Shown here: one piece after another, positions 29,916 to 39,947 of the stretch
How the letters are laid out: every line of letters begins with the position of its first letter
How positions within the stretch are numbered: position 1 is the first letter of the stretch
Assembly: GCA_041671485.1 (NCBI GenBank)
Contig: JBAZBL010000004.1
Location: 14,445-78,444 of the forward strand
Direction: 5' to 3'
DNA from: Minisyncoccota bacterium
Lineage (GTDB): Bacteria; Patescibacteriota; Minisyncoccia; Phycocordibacterales; PALSA-1337
DNA: 64,000 bases
The notes under the pieces: model-generated
Told to the model about the DNA's origin: nothing
Seen by the model: only the letters and a program-made list of their open reading frames with translations
Database searches by the model: none
Position numbers and translations under genes: made by a program

Positions 29916-31262
29916 ATGAATGACCATGAACAAATATGGCAAACAGCTTTGCTTGAGATGCAATCTATTGTTTCTTCGGCAAATTATTCTACATGGGTAA
30001 AGACAACAAAGATTGTACGCGAAGAGGGTGGTACTATTTTCTTGGGTGTTCCAAATGAATTTACACGACAGTGGTTATTGAAAAAGTGCCACAACTCTAT
30101 TTTGCGTATATTGAGACAATTGAATGAACACGTGAGGGCTCTTGAATACGTCGTTCTGCGAGATGAGGAGCAAAAAAGAGAAGAGGCCAGAAAGAAATCT
30201 TCATTGGCCCCGACAATGGCAATGCCTCTTGAAAATTACTATATCAATAAAGAAGATAATCTAAATTCTAGATATACTTTTGAGAATTTTGTTGTTGGCC
30301 CATTCAATGAGTTGGCCCATGCGGCTGCACATACGATAGTAAAAGCGCCTGGTCAGACGTACAATCCACTATTTATATATGGAGGTACAGGAAGGGGCAA
30401 AACTCATTTGATACAAGCAATAGGGAATAGAGTGAAGGAGCTTTTCCCAAATAAAAAAGTGTTTTATCTCACAGCCGAACGGTTTGGATCCGATTTTTTC
30501 GACGCACTTCAGACAAACAAGGCTCAACAATTCAAAGAAAAATACAGAAAGTACGATGTTTTGATAATGGACGATATCCAATTCTTTTCTAGTAAAGATA
30601 AATTCCAAGAAGAATTCTTCCACCTATTCAATGTTTTTCATGATAGCTCTAGACAATTGGTATTTTCGGCCGATCGCCATCCAAATATCATACCCGACCT
30701 CGAAGACCGTGTACGTGGCAGGTTCAATGCTGGTATGGTGATAGATATATCCGAATTGGACAAAGAATCACGCATGGCCATAATCAAGGCCAAATGTGCA
30801 ATGAGTAATATCACCTTGCTTGAAGAGATAGTTGACTATCTGGCTGTTGAAATTGAGGATAATATAAGAGAAATTGAAGGTATTATAAATATAATAACCC
30901 ATAATACTTTCCACAAAGGACGAGTTTTGAATCTAAATGAGATAAAGACTATACTAAAGAACAGCATAAAACCCAAAAAGATGCTCTCTGTAAAGGATGT
31001 AGTCAAAACTGTTTGCACTTTTTATAATATAGAGGAGGACAATATATATAGCAAAACTAGGAAAAAAGAGGTGGTTAAGCCACGTCAAGTGATTATGTAT
31101 ATTCTTAGAGAAGATTATAATATTTCATTCCCTTCAATAGGTGATAAACTTGGTGGTAGAGACCATACAACGATAATACACTCTTATGAAAAAGTTAAAG
31201 ATGATTTGAAAAGTGATAATTTACTAGCACAAGAAATATTACAATTAAGAACCATGCTTTGA
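29916..31262 (+). CDS. dnaA: Chromosomal replication initiator DnaA
   Basis: YTFENFVVG, NPLFIYGGTGRGKTHL, DDIQF, GGRDHTTIIH. Confidence 0.98.
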   Translation: MNDHEQIWQTALLEMQSIVSSANYSTWVKTTKIVREEGGTIFLGVPNEFTRQWLLKKCHNSILRILRQLNEHVRALEYVVLRDEEQKREEARKKSSLAPTMAMPLENYYINKEDNLNSRYTFENFVVGPFNELAHAAAHTIVKAPGQTYNPLFIYGGTGRGKTHLIQAIGNRVKELFPNKKVFYLTAERFGSDFFDALQTNKAQQFKEKYRKYDVLIMDDIQFFSSKDKFQEEFFHLFNVFHDSSRQLVFSADRHPNIIPDLEDRVRGRFNAGMVIDISELDKESRMAIIKAKCAMSNITLLEEIVDYLAVEIEDNIREIEGIINIITHNTFHKGRVLNLNEIKTILKNSIKPKKMLSVKDVVKTVCTFYNIEEDNIYSKTRKKEVVKPRQVIMYILREDYNISFPSIGDKLGGRDHTTIIHSYEKVKDDLKSDNLLAQEILQLRTML

Positions 31263-31507
31263 TTTATATAACTTAATGTTGGTAACCTGTTGATAAGATG
31301 TTAATAAAATTGTTAATAATTTATTAAAAAACAATATTATAAAAGTTATTATAAAAATAAATACAAGTTATCAGATAAATATAATGTTTCAAATATAGAA
31401 AATAGTAAGATAAACATAAACATATAAACAATCACTTTAACTTCTCAACATATCCACACTACTAATAATAAATATGTGTATATATTTTAAAAAATAATTT
31501 AACTATT
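31263..31507. promoter_or_regulatory. Probable oriC
   Basis: Very AT-rich dnaA-dnaN gap; four phased DnaA-box-like TGTTRRTAA (31277, 31288, 31299, 31311); TTCTCAACA/ATATCCACA followed by trio-like CTACTAATAATA. Confidence 0.75.
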
Positions 31508-32617
31508 ATGAAAATGGAAATAGGATTCCAAGAGTTTAAAAAGTCTATCATATCAGTAGATCATGTAGCGGGTAAGCATATGACATTACCAGTTTTATCA
31601 TGTCTTCTTTTTGATGTGAAAAAGAATTTCTTGACAATAAAAGCAACAAATTTGGATATTGGAGTAGAAATCATTATTCCAATAAAATCCGACAAAGAAG
31701 AACAAATTGCTATTCCAGCCTCTGTTTTATCTTCATTTATATCTCAAATTTCTGATTATGATGGTATTGTAAAAATTGAATTAGTATCAGGTAATCTACA
31801 AATAAATACAATAAAATCAAAAGGTATTGTAAAAACAGTGCCACATGAAGATTTTCCTAGTATTCCTACGGTTCAAAATGGACAAAAAACTGTTATTTCT
31901 CCTAATATGATAGTCAAAGGTCTTCGAGCAGTTTGGTATAGTGCCTCTGTTTCTAGTGTAAAACCAGAATTATCTAGTGTTTATATTTATTCCAAGGACA
32001 ATCAACTAGTCTTCACTTCTACAGACTCTTTTCGTTTGGCAGAAAAGAAAATACAATTGAGTTCAAAGTCAACAATTGGAGATATATTGATTCCGTTCAA
32101 AAATGTAGGTCATATTATAAGACTTCTAGAGTCATTTTCAGATAATGTAGATTTAGAAATAAGCAAAAACCTGATTTCTTTTGAAATAGCCAATAAAATA
32201 AAGGTAACATCTAGAGCTATAGACGGAGTTTTTCCTGATTATAAACAAATAATTCCAAAAAGTTATACAACAGAAGTTATTTTATTGAAACAAGACCTAC
32301 TTAGTGCCTTGAAGGTATCAAACGTTTTCTCTGATAAATTCAATCAAGTTCACTTTACAATAGATCCAAAAGCAAAGATATTTGAAATTCAAACAAAAAA
32401 TAATGATATTGGAGAAAATAAAACAACAGTAGACGCCGCTATAACAGGGGAGAAAATAGAGATAAACTTCAATTATAAATATATTGTTGACTGTTTCCAA
32501 TCTGTCGAGTCAGACAGCATGTCTTTGCAACTCTCCGGATCCAACCGCCCAATGGTTATCCGCCCAGTTTCTGGAGATCAATCATTTATGTATCTTGTAA
32601 TGCCGATGAATAGATAA
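31508..32617 (+). CDS. dnaN: DNA polymerase III beta clamp
   Basis: LPVLS, ATNLD, STDSFRLAEK, FPDYKQIIP, YLVMPM. Confidence 0.97.
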   Translation: MKMEIGFQEFKKSIISVDHVAGKHMTLPVLSCLLFDVKKNFLTIKATNLDIGVEIIIPIKSDKEEQIAIPASVLSSFISQISDYDGIVKIELVSGNLQINTIKSKGIVKTVPHEDFPSIPTVQNGQKTVISPNMIVKGLRAVWYSASVSSVKPELSSVYIYSKDNQLVFTSTDSFRLAEKKIQLSSKSTIGDILIPFKNVGHIIRLLESFSDNVDLEISKNLISFEIANKIKVTSRAIDGVFPDYKQIIPKSYTTEVILLKQDLLSALKVSNVFSDKFNQVHFTIDPKAKIFEIQTKNNDIGENKTTVDAAITGEKIEINFNYKYIVDCFQSVESDSMSLQLSGSNRPMVIRPVSGDQSFMYLVMPMNR

Positions 32618-32631
32618 TTATTTTTTCACAG

Positions 32632-32895
32632 ATGTTCAATATAAGTAATTTTCTAAAAAGGATTCAAAGTACTAGAACAAAAGAACTATATACAAGATCA
32701 CAAATTATAGACGTATTGAAGAAGCTTTTGCCTATAGATTTAGCAGAAGAAGGTATTATTATTAAAAATAATACAATAAAAATAAAAAACATCTCTCAAG
32801 GCGCAAAAACCACTATCTTTATGAAGAAACAACAAATTCTTGATGAAATAAACAAAACAGCAGGATCAAACTTGAAAGATATTTTATTTTTCTAA
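32632..32895 (+). CDS. Small hypothetical protein after dnaN (possibly DciA-like)
   Basis: 87 aa ORF operonic with dnaN; function is inference only. Confidence 0.55.
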   Translation: MFNISNFLKRIQSTRTKELYTRSQIIDVLKKLLPIDLAEEGIIIKNNTIKIKNISQGAKTTIFMKKQQILDEINKTAGSNLKDILFF

Positions 32896-35412
32896 TGAGA
32901 AATTGACGACAGCTTGGCCTTTATTGGAAACTTTATCATAAAGAATGACAGACAAAGTGTTGTTTTCACTCGTAAGATTACCAATATCATTTGGTATGAA
33001 AGAGAAGGTGAGTGGATTTGATACGGATGTAAGTATCAATTTTCCATTGACATATACTTCTGTTTTTTGTGGAGGGTAACTTCCTTCAGACTTCAATTCT
33101 ACGGATAATATTTGATTTGGATTGATTGGAGAATTGTTTATTGGTTTTACAATAGTTATTTTTGGTGATTTTTCTGGAGTATGCACGTCATCAGTTTCTG
33201 TTGGTATTACAATATTTGTCACTTCCTGAAGCTCTGGATGTGATACTTGATATTCTTTGAACCAGTTTCTAACTCCATATTCCCAACTTTCATACTGTGA
33301 GTCATTTTCAGGATGTTCTGGTATTGGGCCTGTGGGGTTATCTTTATTAACCCAGTGCAAAATTGAATGAACACTTGGGAAAATAACTTCTTCTTGTAAT
33401 TCGGCCGGAGTGTATTCGGTTGCAACCTTTCCAGAAACCTTGTCTTTCCAATAAGAGACTCCGCTCTGCCATATGCCACGCAGCGCCGGCTTTGTTTTTT
33501 CTTGTTGCGGAGCTGGCGGTACAAAAGATTCTTGTGGAAATTTCTTGATAACCTGGGACGTAAAAGAACCCCATAAAGGTGAAATGATAAGGCCAGCAAT
33601 ATTATGTTGCATCGGTGTATTGTCACTATTTCCAGCCCACGCACCAACGACCAAACTTGGTGTATATCCAACTGTCCAAACATCACGATAGTCATTTGTC
33701 GTACCTGTTTTTATTGCTACCTGGTTCCCAACACTATCGGCTATTGGTTTTAGACTATTCATCCTGATATTTTTATCAGATAGAATATCAGAAATTTGTC
33801 TTACAATCTCTGGATCTATGACCTGTGATGGATTTGTAGTACTCTTTTCCATCACATTTCCGTTGGAATCATAAACTTCCAATACTGAACGATATGGATT
33901 TCTTATACCATCGTTTGCAAATACACCATATGCACTCGTAAGGTCTAGGAGAGAAACCTCTCCACCGCCCAATACAAGTGTCAATCCATAACGATTGGGA
34001 TCATTTAGAGATGTTATGCCCATATCTTCTGCTGTTCGTATAGAATCATTTATTCCAGATAAATAAAGTGTCTTTACTGCAGGAATGTTCCTAGATTGAG
34101 CAAGAGCCTGCCTTATGGTGAGCGGACCCATAAAAATCTCATCAAATTCATCAGGAGAATAGCAGACTTTTTCTGGATCAGAGCCAGAGTTTTTTGGTGT
34201 TCCGTCTGGATTACATAGGGAAGAAAACTCTGTTCTTACATCAAAGAGCACAGTTTCTGGAGTATATCCTTTCTTGAATGCTGTTGCATATACAAATGGT
34301 TTGAAAGTAGAGCCGGGTTGTCTTTTTGCTAGGGCAACGTTGTAATTGCCATCAATAGAAGCGTCAAAATAATCTCTCGATCCAACCATTGTCAAGATAT
34401 CTCCAGTTTTTGGATCTATTGCAACCATTGCAGTATTGCTTGCATTGAAATTTGTAGACAGTGTTGGAGCAAACTTCGCAATAACTTCCTCTGCCTTTTG
34501 TTGCATTTCAAAGTCCAGCGTTGTTATTATCTTTAGTCCACTACCGTTAACCATTTCTTCACCATATTTTTGTACTAGATAATCTTTTACCATCATTACA
34601 AAGTGAGGCGCTCTTATACCAGAAGAATTTTTTGACAAGAATTGAACCTTTTCTTCGATAGCCGTTTTGTAATCAGCATCAGATATCATATTTTGTTCTT
34701 TCATGCGCAAAAGAACGGTCTTTTGTCTTGCATTCAAATCTTCTCTATGTGTTCCATAAGGAGAAAAATATGTTGGTGCTTGTGGTATTGCTGCTATATA
34801 TGCCGCCTCCGCAAGACTCACTTCTTTTGCTGGTTTACCAAAGAATGACATACTTGCTTCTTCGACCCCATATACTGTTCCTCCATAAGGGCTTTCATTT
34901 AGATATACCTCAAGAATTTGATCTTTCGTCATAATTTTTTCCAGTTTGACCGCCAATACCATTTCTTTGAGTTTCCTAGTAATTGTTTTGTCTTTTGTGA
35001 GAAGGGAGTTCTTTACCACCTGTTGTGTGATCGTTGACCCGCCCTGTTTTACAGATGCAGAAGTAAAGTTTGCTATAGCCGCGCGTACCATAGAGAGGGG
35101 TCTTATGCCAGAATGGGAATAGAAGTCAGCGTCTTCTATTGCTATTGTTGCTTTTTGTATGTATGGAGATATTTCGGACAAAGAGACGATAGTTCTTTTT
35201 ACATCGGTATTCAGATCATATAAAAGTATTTCACCTGTTCGATCGTATATTTTTGTTGATTGTGTGACTACACGATGTTCAAATGCATTCAGGTCAGGCA
35301 TTCGGAGAGTTGTAATCCACAGTGCAGATATACCAGCAATAATAAACATTATTGAAAAGACAAACATGATTAGGCCCCATAAAAAGCGCCTTTTCTTGGA
35401 ACGGTGAGACAT
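32884..35412 (-). CDS. Class A penicillin-binding protein (PBP1A family)
   Basis: Transglycosylase AIEDADF, QGGSTITQQ, RKLKE; transpeptidase STFK, SRN, KTGT. Confidence 0.95.
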   Translation of the reverse strand: MSHRSKKRRFLWGLIMFVFSIMFIIAGISALWITTLRMPDLNAFEHRVVTQSTKIYDRTGEILLYDLNTDVKRTIVSLSEISPYIQKATIAIEDADFYSHSGIRPLSMVRAAIANFTSASVKQGGSTITQQVVKNSLLTKDKTITRKLKEMVLAVKLEKIMTKDQILEVYLNESPYGGTVYGVEEASMSFFGKPAKEVSLAEAAYIAAIPQAPTYFSPYGTHREDLNARQKTVLLRMKEQNMISDADYKTAIEEKVQFLSKNSSGIRAPHFVMMVKDYLVQKYGEEMVNGSGLKIITTLDFEMQQKAEEVIAKFAPTLSTNFNASNTAMVAIDPKTGDILTMVGSRDYFDASIDGNYNVALAKRQPGSTFKPFVYATAFKKGYTPETVLFDVRTEFSSLCNPDGTPKNSGSDPEKVCYSPDEFDEIFMGPLTIRQALAQSRNIPAVKTLYLSGINDSIRTAEDMGITSLNDPNRYGLTLVLGGGEVSLLDLTSAYGVFANDGIRNPYRSVLEVYDSNGNVMEKSTTNPSQVIDPEIVRQISDILSDKNIRMNSLKPIADSVGNQVAIKTGTTNDYRDVWTVGYTPSLVVGAWAGNSDNTPMQHNIAGLIISPLWGSFTSQVIKKFPQESFVPPAPQQEKTKPALRGIWQSGVSYWKDKVSGKVATEYTPAELQEEVIFPSVHSILHWVNKDNPTGPIPEHPENDSQYESWEYGVRNWFKEYQVSHPELQEVTNIVIPTETDDVHTPEKSPKITIVKPINNSPINPNQILSVELKSEGSYPPQKTEVYVNGKLILTSVSNPLTFSFIPNDIGNLTSENNTLSVILYDKVSNKGQAVVNFSLEK

Positions 35413-35435
35413 AGACTATATTATAGCAGAGTTTA

Positions 35436-35633
35436 TTATTGCTCCCATCTATCGTTAAATGGATCCAGGTCTCCGTCATCGAATCCAGCAACATCAGCAG
35501 TATCGGCCTCAACATCTTCTGTTTCCAGAGACGGATCATCAACTAGGACATCATTTACTTCTGCAATATCGCTCTCTAGTATAGCGATTTCATCTGTAGA
35601 TATTTTTCTTATATCATCTTTTACACTAGACAT
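35436..35633 (-). CDS. Small highly acidic protein
   Basis: 65 aa, about one third D/E, ends DPFNDRWEQ. Confidence 0.6.
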   Translation of the reverse strand: MSSVKDDIRKISTDEIAILESDIAEVNDVLVDDPSLETEDVEADTADVAGFDDGDLDPFNDRWEQ

Positions 35634-35719
35634 AACACTTTTATTATTTAACTAATAATCAAGTGTCTAATTTGTACCAAAGCTAATGGAAATTGGCAAG
35701 AACAAAGGGCTGTGGATAA

Positions 35720-36193
35720 TTATTTCCTTATCCTAGCACTATGGGTGAGAGCAACAGCTATTGCATCGTATTCATCATCGTGTTTTTTGTCTGAAATATC
35801 TACCAAGAGGTGTACCATCTTTATCATCCTTGTTTTATCACTTGTACCGTCGCTCGTAATGGCGGTTTTTATTTCCATAGGACTATATTCAAATACGTCC
35901 ACACCCATTTTTATTGCTTCATATATTATGATACCTCTTGCTTCGGCCACGCGCATGGCAGTTTTTTGATTCTTGGTTATAAAAAGTGTTTCTATAGCAA
36001 TTGCTTCTGGACTAAACTTTTCCAAAATACGAACAATCTCATCGCCTATCATTGATAGGCGTTTGTATATAGTGTCCTTCGAAAGGGTAGTGAAGCAATC
36101 TGAATACAGCACTACCTCTTTCTTTTTGGGCAGTTTTTCTATTATTGCTATACCGAGCCTGTCATAACCCGGATCTATTCCAAGGATTTTCAT
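35720..36193 (-). CDS. ruvC: Holliday junction resolvase RuvC
   Basis: ILGIDPG, AIETLF, AEARG, DDEYDAIAVA. Confidence 0.95.
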   Translation of the reverse strand: MKILGIDPGYDRLGIAIIEKLPKKKEVVLYSDCFTTLSKDTIYKRLSMIGDEIVRILEKFSPEAIAIETLFITKNQKTAMRVAEARGIIIYEAIKMGVDVFEYSPMEIKTAITSDGTSDKTRMIKMVHLLVDISDKKHDDEYDAIAVALTHSARIRK

Positions 36194-36289
36194 TTTTTAT
36201 TGTTTAATATTAGTATCGTGATTATTTTATCAATTAGAGACAAACAATAGATACTAGACAAATCTTCTCATCTGTGCTAGGCTTGTTTT

Positions 36290-36550
36290 TGGACTTAAGT
36301 AACTGTTATGGTATAAACACAGTTGCGCCAAGAGGTTGTTCTTTAATGAGGCCCTGTGTGGCTGGCCAGTGCACAAGATCTGTCGAGAACATTGGTTAAT
36401 AAGTTGGGGTGGATCGGTACTTCCGTGACTCCACTATACCTTAGTTTGCGTTTTGTTACGTGGTATTCGGGACGCAATTCGTTTGGTGAAAACGAGTGTC
36501 AGACCACTGCATACTCTTTTGGAGCGACCTACCATCGCTCCTTTCTTTTT
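36290..36550 (+). ncRNA. Candidate structured ncRNA of unknown family
   Basis: Promoter TAGACA-17-TGcTAGGCT (36255-36283), several hairpins, terminator GGAGCGA-CCTACCA-TCGCTCC-TTTCTTTTT. Confidence 0.45.
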
Positions 36551-37559
36551 ATAATAGCCTTGCAGCCCCCTTGATACCCAAATGACCATATGCTCTATCG
36601 GTTGCGGTTCGGCCTCTAGGAGTACGCTCTATAAGTCCCAATTGTATCAAATATGGTTCATATACCTCTTCAACGGTTGCTTGTTCTTCAGACAGAGCGG
36701 CTGAGATAGTATTTAATCCGACTGGTCCACCACCAAACTTTTCAATAATTACTCTTAATATCTCTCTATCTGCTCGGGTAAGTCCAAGTGTATCAACACC
36801 AAGCATTGTTAGGGCCTTCTCGACAATGTCTTTGGACAGTGGAACTTTGTTTATTTGCGCATAGTCACGACAGCGCTTCAAATGGAAGTTTGCTGTGCGT
36901 GGTGTGAAGCGTGAACGAATAGATATTTCATCTACAGCGTGTTCGTGAATATCTACATCAAGTATTTTTGCAGAACGACGAACAATATCAGATATTTCTT
37001 CATTGGAATAAAACTCAAGTTTAAATACACCACCAGAAAATCTCGATCGCAAAGGTGCAGATATCATAGCAATCCTAGTTGTTGCGGCGATGAGAGTAAA
37101 TGGTGGCAGATCGAGCTGTATTGTTCTCGCAGAAGGACCTTTGCCTATGATGATGTCTAGAGTTCCAGATTCTAGACAAGGATATAAGATTTCTTCTATT
37201 GCTTTGTTTAGGCGGTGAATTTCGTCTATAAATAATATGTCACCAGCGGACAGGTTTGTTATGATCGCTGCCAGATCGCCAACCTTTAGTATTGCAGGAC
37301 CGGAAGTTATTTTCATTTGCGCACCAGTTTCTCTTGCTATTAGATGGGCAAGGGTAGTCTTACCAAGTCCTGGAGGACCATAAAATAGCATATGTTCTGG
37401 AGGGTGATTGCGCTCTTTTGCTGCGGTCAATAGAATATGAAGATTGTCTTTTATTGATTTTTGACCAATATAGTCATCCCAACGACGAGGACGCAAGGTC
37501 TGGTCGAGGAATCCAGCCTCTTTTTCGGTGGAATCATTGTTTTTTTGGCTTCTTGACAT
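36549..37559 (-). CDS. ruvB: Holliday junction branch migration ATPase RuvB
   Basis: LRP...[34 protein letters not shown]. Confidence 0.97.
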   Translation of the reverse strand: MSRSQKNNDSTEKEAGFLDQTLRPRRWDDYIGQKSIKDNLHILLTAAKERNHPPEHMLFYGPPGLGKTTLAHLIARETGAQMKITSGPAILKVGDLAAIITNLSAGDILFIDEIHRLNKAIEEILYPCLESGTLDIIIGKGPSARTIQLDLPPFTLIAATTRIAMISAPLRSRFSGGVFKLEFYSNEEISDIVRRSAKILDVDIHEHAVDEISIRSRFTPRTANFHLKRCRDYAQINKVPLSKDIVEKALTMLGVDTLGLTRADREILRVIIEKFGGGPVGLNTISAALSEEQATVEEVYEPYLIQLGLIERTPRGRTATDRAYGHLGIKGAARLL

Positions 37560-37587
37560 TTCGGTTTGAATATGATAGCATAGTCAT

Positions 37588-37755
37588 AAACGAGCCTGTG
37601 AACCTCTAAGCAATGGCCTTCCGAGGTTTGGGCATGGTGCTAAGGACATTCTGGTTTTCTTTTTTATAAAGAAGTGACTGGAATCATCCTCGGGACCCTG
37701 CCTCGCTTGTCGCATCACGCGACAAGATATTGCTTAGAGATTTATGGGCTCGTTT
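37588..37755. repeat. MITE-like / long hairpin element with imperfect 27-bp terminal inverted repeats
   Basis: AAACGAGCCTGTGAACCTCTAAGCAAT ... ATTGCTTAGAGATTTATGGGCTCGTTT; inner CTTGTCGC-ATCAC-GCGACAAG hairpin. Confidence 0.7.
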
Positions 37756-37832
37756 TCTCTCTTTTGCAACACTAGCGCCACGACAATAAAAAAGCAATTT
37801 TTTCTGTGGATTACTTTTATGATATATTGGAT

Positions 37833-38165
37833 CTAGTGATAATCTAAACCTTTTACTCCAGAGGAATGGAGTTGTTTTGTGTAATCACTCCTGATATCTT
37901 CAAGTTTTGTGTGCATTTTTACTTGTTCAAGCCTGATCCGATTTATTTCAGACTTCAGTTTTGGTATATCTCTATTATTTTCTGAAATTTTACGTTTATT
38001 ATCATCTATTTTTCTTTGAAAATCTCTATTTTCTTGCTCTAATTTTGTATTTAGAGCCTCTTTTTCTTTTAATTCCATTTCTTTTGCCTTCATTTCACCA
38101 GTTTCTTTTTGCATTTGTGCTTCAAGTTCCTTTAATGCACTAGCAAGATCTTTTGTATTTAACAT
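37833..38165 (-). CDS. Hypothetical coiled-coil protein
   Basis: 110 aa charged heptad-rich ORF downstream of PilB-like gene. Confidence 0.65.
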   Translation of the reverse strand: MLNTKDLASALKELEAQMQKETGEMKAKEMELKEKEALNTKLEQENRDFQRKIDDNKRKISENNRDIPKLKSEINRIRLEQVKMHTKLEDIRSDYTKQLHSSGVKGLDYH

Positions 38166-38195
38166 ATTGATTAGAATTAATTTGAAATTAATTGA

Positions 38196-39869
38196 TTAAT
38201 CTTGTAATGATATAACCCTCTCCAATTCTTCTAGTGAAGTCACTCCTTGAAGTACTTTTACTATACCATCTTGTCTCATTGTCATTATTCCCTGACCTTT
38301 TGCTGCAAGCCATATTTCACGATCGCTAGAATTTGCTTCTACTACATCCTCTATATTTCTATTCATGATAATTGCTTCATATATACCAATGCGACCTTTA
38401 TAACCAGTGTGATTGCATTTGTCGCAACTGCCAGGCATCCACATTTTTGAGCGATCAATGGGTACTGCTGATTTGTCTTCTATAGACTCTATAATAGATT
38501 CGATATTTTGTTTTTGATTTTCTTCTACGGCCACCTCTTTCTTGCATTCACTACACAACACTCTGACCAAGCGTTGTGCCATAGATACACGCAGAGCAGA
38601 TGGAATAATGTTTGAACTAACACCAAGCTCTATAAGACGTGGGAAGGTACCTGCAGCATCGTTTGTGTGCAATGTAGAGAATACCAAGTGACCAGTAAGG
38701 GCAGAATTGACTGCAATATTTGCAGTTTCTCCGTCTCTTATTTCACCAACCATTATTATATCTGGATCCTGACGAACTGCCGCGCGCAGGCCCTCTAAGA
38801 AATTGTAACCCTTGTCATTAACTTGTGTTTGGACAATACCAGGCAAATGATATTCGATAGGGTCTTCTATGGTAATTATTTTTACTTCTGGATTGTGAAC
38901 CTTTTTCAGAAATGCATAAAGCATTGTAGTTTTGCCAGAACCAGTTGGACCAGTAGTTAATATCATTCCGTCTGGACGAGAGATTTCTTCTAGGAGAATG
39001 TCTAGTAATTTCTTATTGATACCCATTTCTTCGAGAGGAATGCTTATTGATTTTGGATTTAGCAATCGTAAAACTATTGATTCATTGTATGCTCCGGGCA
39101 AGATCGATGCACGAACCTCCATATCTCCATCTGTTAGCCGGATACTAAATCTTCCGTCTTGTGAATCTTTCTTTATATTCAATTTCATTCCCGACAGAAG
39201 TTTTATCCTAGAAAGGAGCAAGTTATATGTTTCAAGATCAAATCTTATAATATCTTGTAGCACGCCGTCCAGACGATATCTTAGACGAATGTAGCCTTCT
39301 TCTGGCTCCAAATGAACGTCAGATGCATTGACTGCAAGTGCTCCGGCCAAGACTGTTTCCAATATACGAGAAACTCTATAGCTTTTCTTGGCAGAAATAG
39401 TATTTTCTAGTATTGAAATAATACTAGGTAGGCTTTTGGCTTGTTCGATGATGGAAGCAATATCTTCACTAGATATTTCGAGCGAGCCGGCCTTGCTAAC
39501 ATATGCAAAAGAAAGATCTTTATACATTCCCCAAGCCTTTTCCAAGCCCTGTGTTGATGTAATATATATTATCGGCTCATAATTCTTGCTCTTCAGATCA
39601 TTCACAACAGCATTTACTTTTTCATCGTCTGGATTTCTAGCCGCAATCTTTATTTTTTTGTCTATAAGTGCAAATCCTGCTACTTTTGCGTCGCGAGCAA
39701 CTTGTTCGGGGATCAGTCTTATTGCGTCAAGATTTATAGGATTGCCCAATAGATTTATATATTCTACTCCGTACTTTACTCCGAGAATTTGCACCAAATC
39801 ATCCTCCTCTTTTCTGTGAATCTCATCTAATTTGCGATTTTGTTTGTCCTCATCAAAAGTGATTGTCAT
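38196..39869 (-). CDS. GspE/PulE (PilB-like) type IV pilus assembly ATPase
   Basis: ASDVHLEP, QDGRF, GPTGSGKTT, TIEDPIEY, RQDPDIIMVGEIRD, TGHLVFSTLHTN, CxxC pair. Confidence 0.93.
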   Translation of the reverse strand: MTITFDEDKQNRKLDEIHRKEEDDLVQILGVKYGVEYINLLGNPINLDAIRLIPEQVARDAKVAGFALIDKKIKIAARNPDDEKVNAVVNDLKSKNYEPIIYITSTQGLEKAWGMYKDLSFAYVSKAGSLEISSEDIASIIEQAKSLPSIISILENTISAKKSYRVSRILETVLAGALAVNASDVHLEPEEGYIRLRYRLDGVLQDIIRFDLETYNLLLSRIKLLSGMKLNIKKDSQDGRFSIRLTDGDMEVRASILPGAYNESIVLRLLNPKSISIPLEEMGINKKLLDILLEEISRPDGMILTTGPTGSGKTTMLYAFLKKVHNPEVKIITIEDPIEYHLPGIVQTQVNDKGYNFLEGLRAAVRQDPDIIMVGEIRDGETANIAVNSALTGHLVFSTLHTNDAAGTFPRLIELGVSSNIIPSALRVSMAQRLVRVLCSECKKEVAVEENQKQNIESIIESIEDKSAVPIDRSKMWMPGSCDKCNHTGYKGRIGIYEAIIMNRNIEDVVEANSSDREIWLAAKGQGIMTMRQDGIVKVLQGVTSLEELERVISLQD

Positions 39870-39911
39870 ATTGATATTATTATATCAGAAAAAGATATAT
39901 AGGTCAGAGAC

Positions 39912-39938
39912 CTATACGGAGGTCTGACCTCCGTGTAG
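39912..39938. repeat. REP-like palindrome CTATACGGAGGTC-T-GACCTCCGTGTAG
   Basis: Same family as rsmE 6656-6678. Confidence 0.75.
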
Positions 39939-39947
39939 AATAATGAT

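Noticed and set aside
36356-36574. 72-aa ORF between ruvC and ruvB
   Set aside because: GTG start without support, runs through a terminator into ruvB; a structured RNA is more likely.
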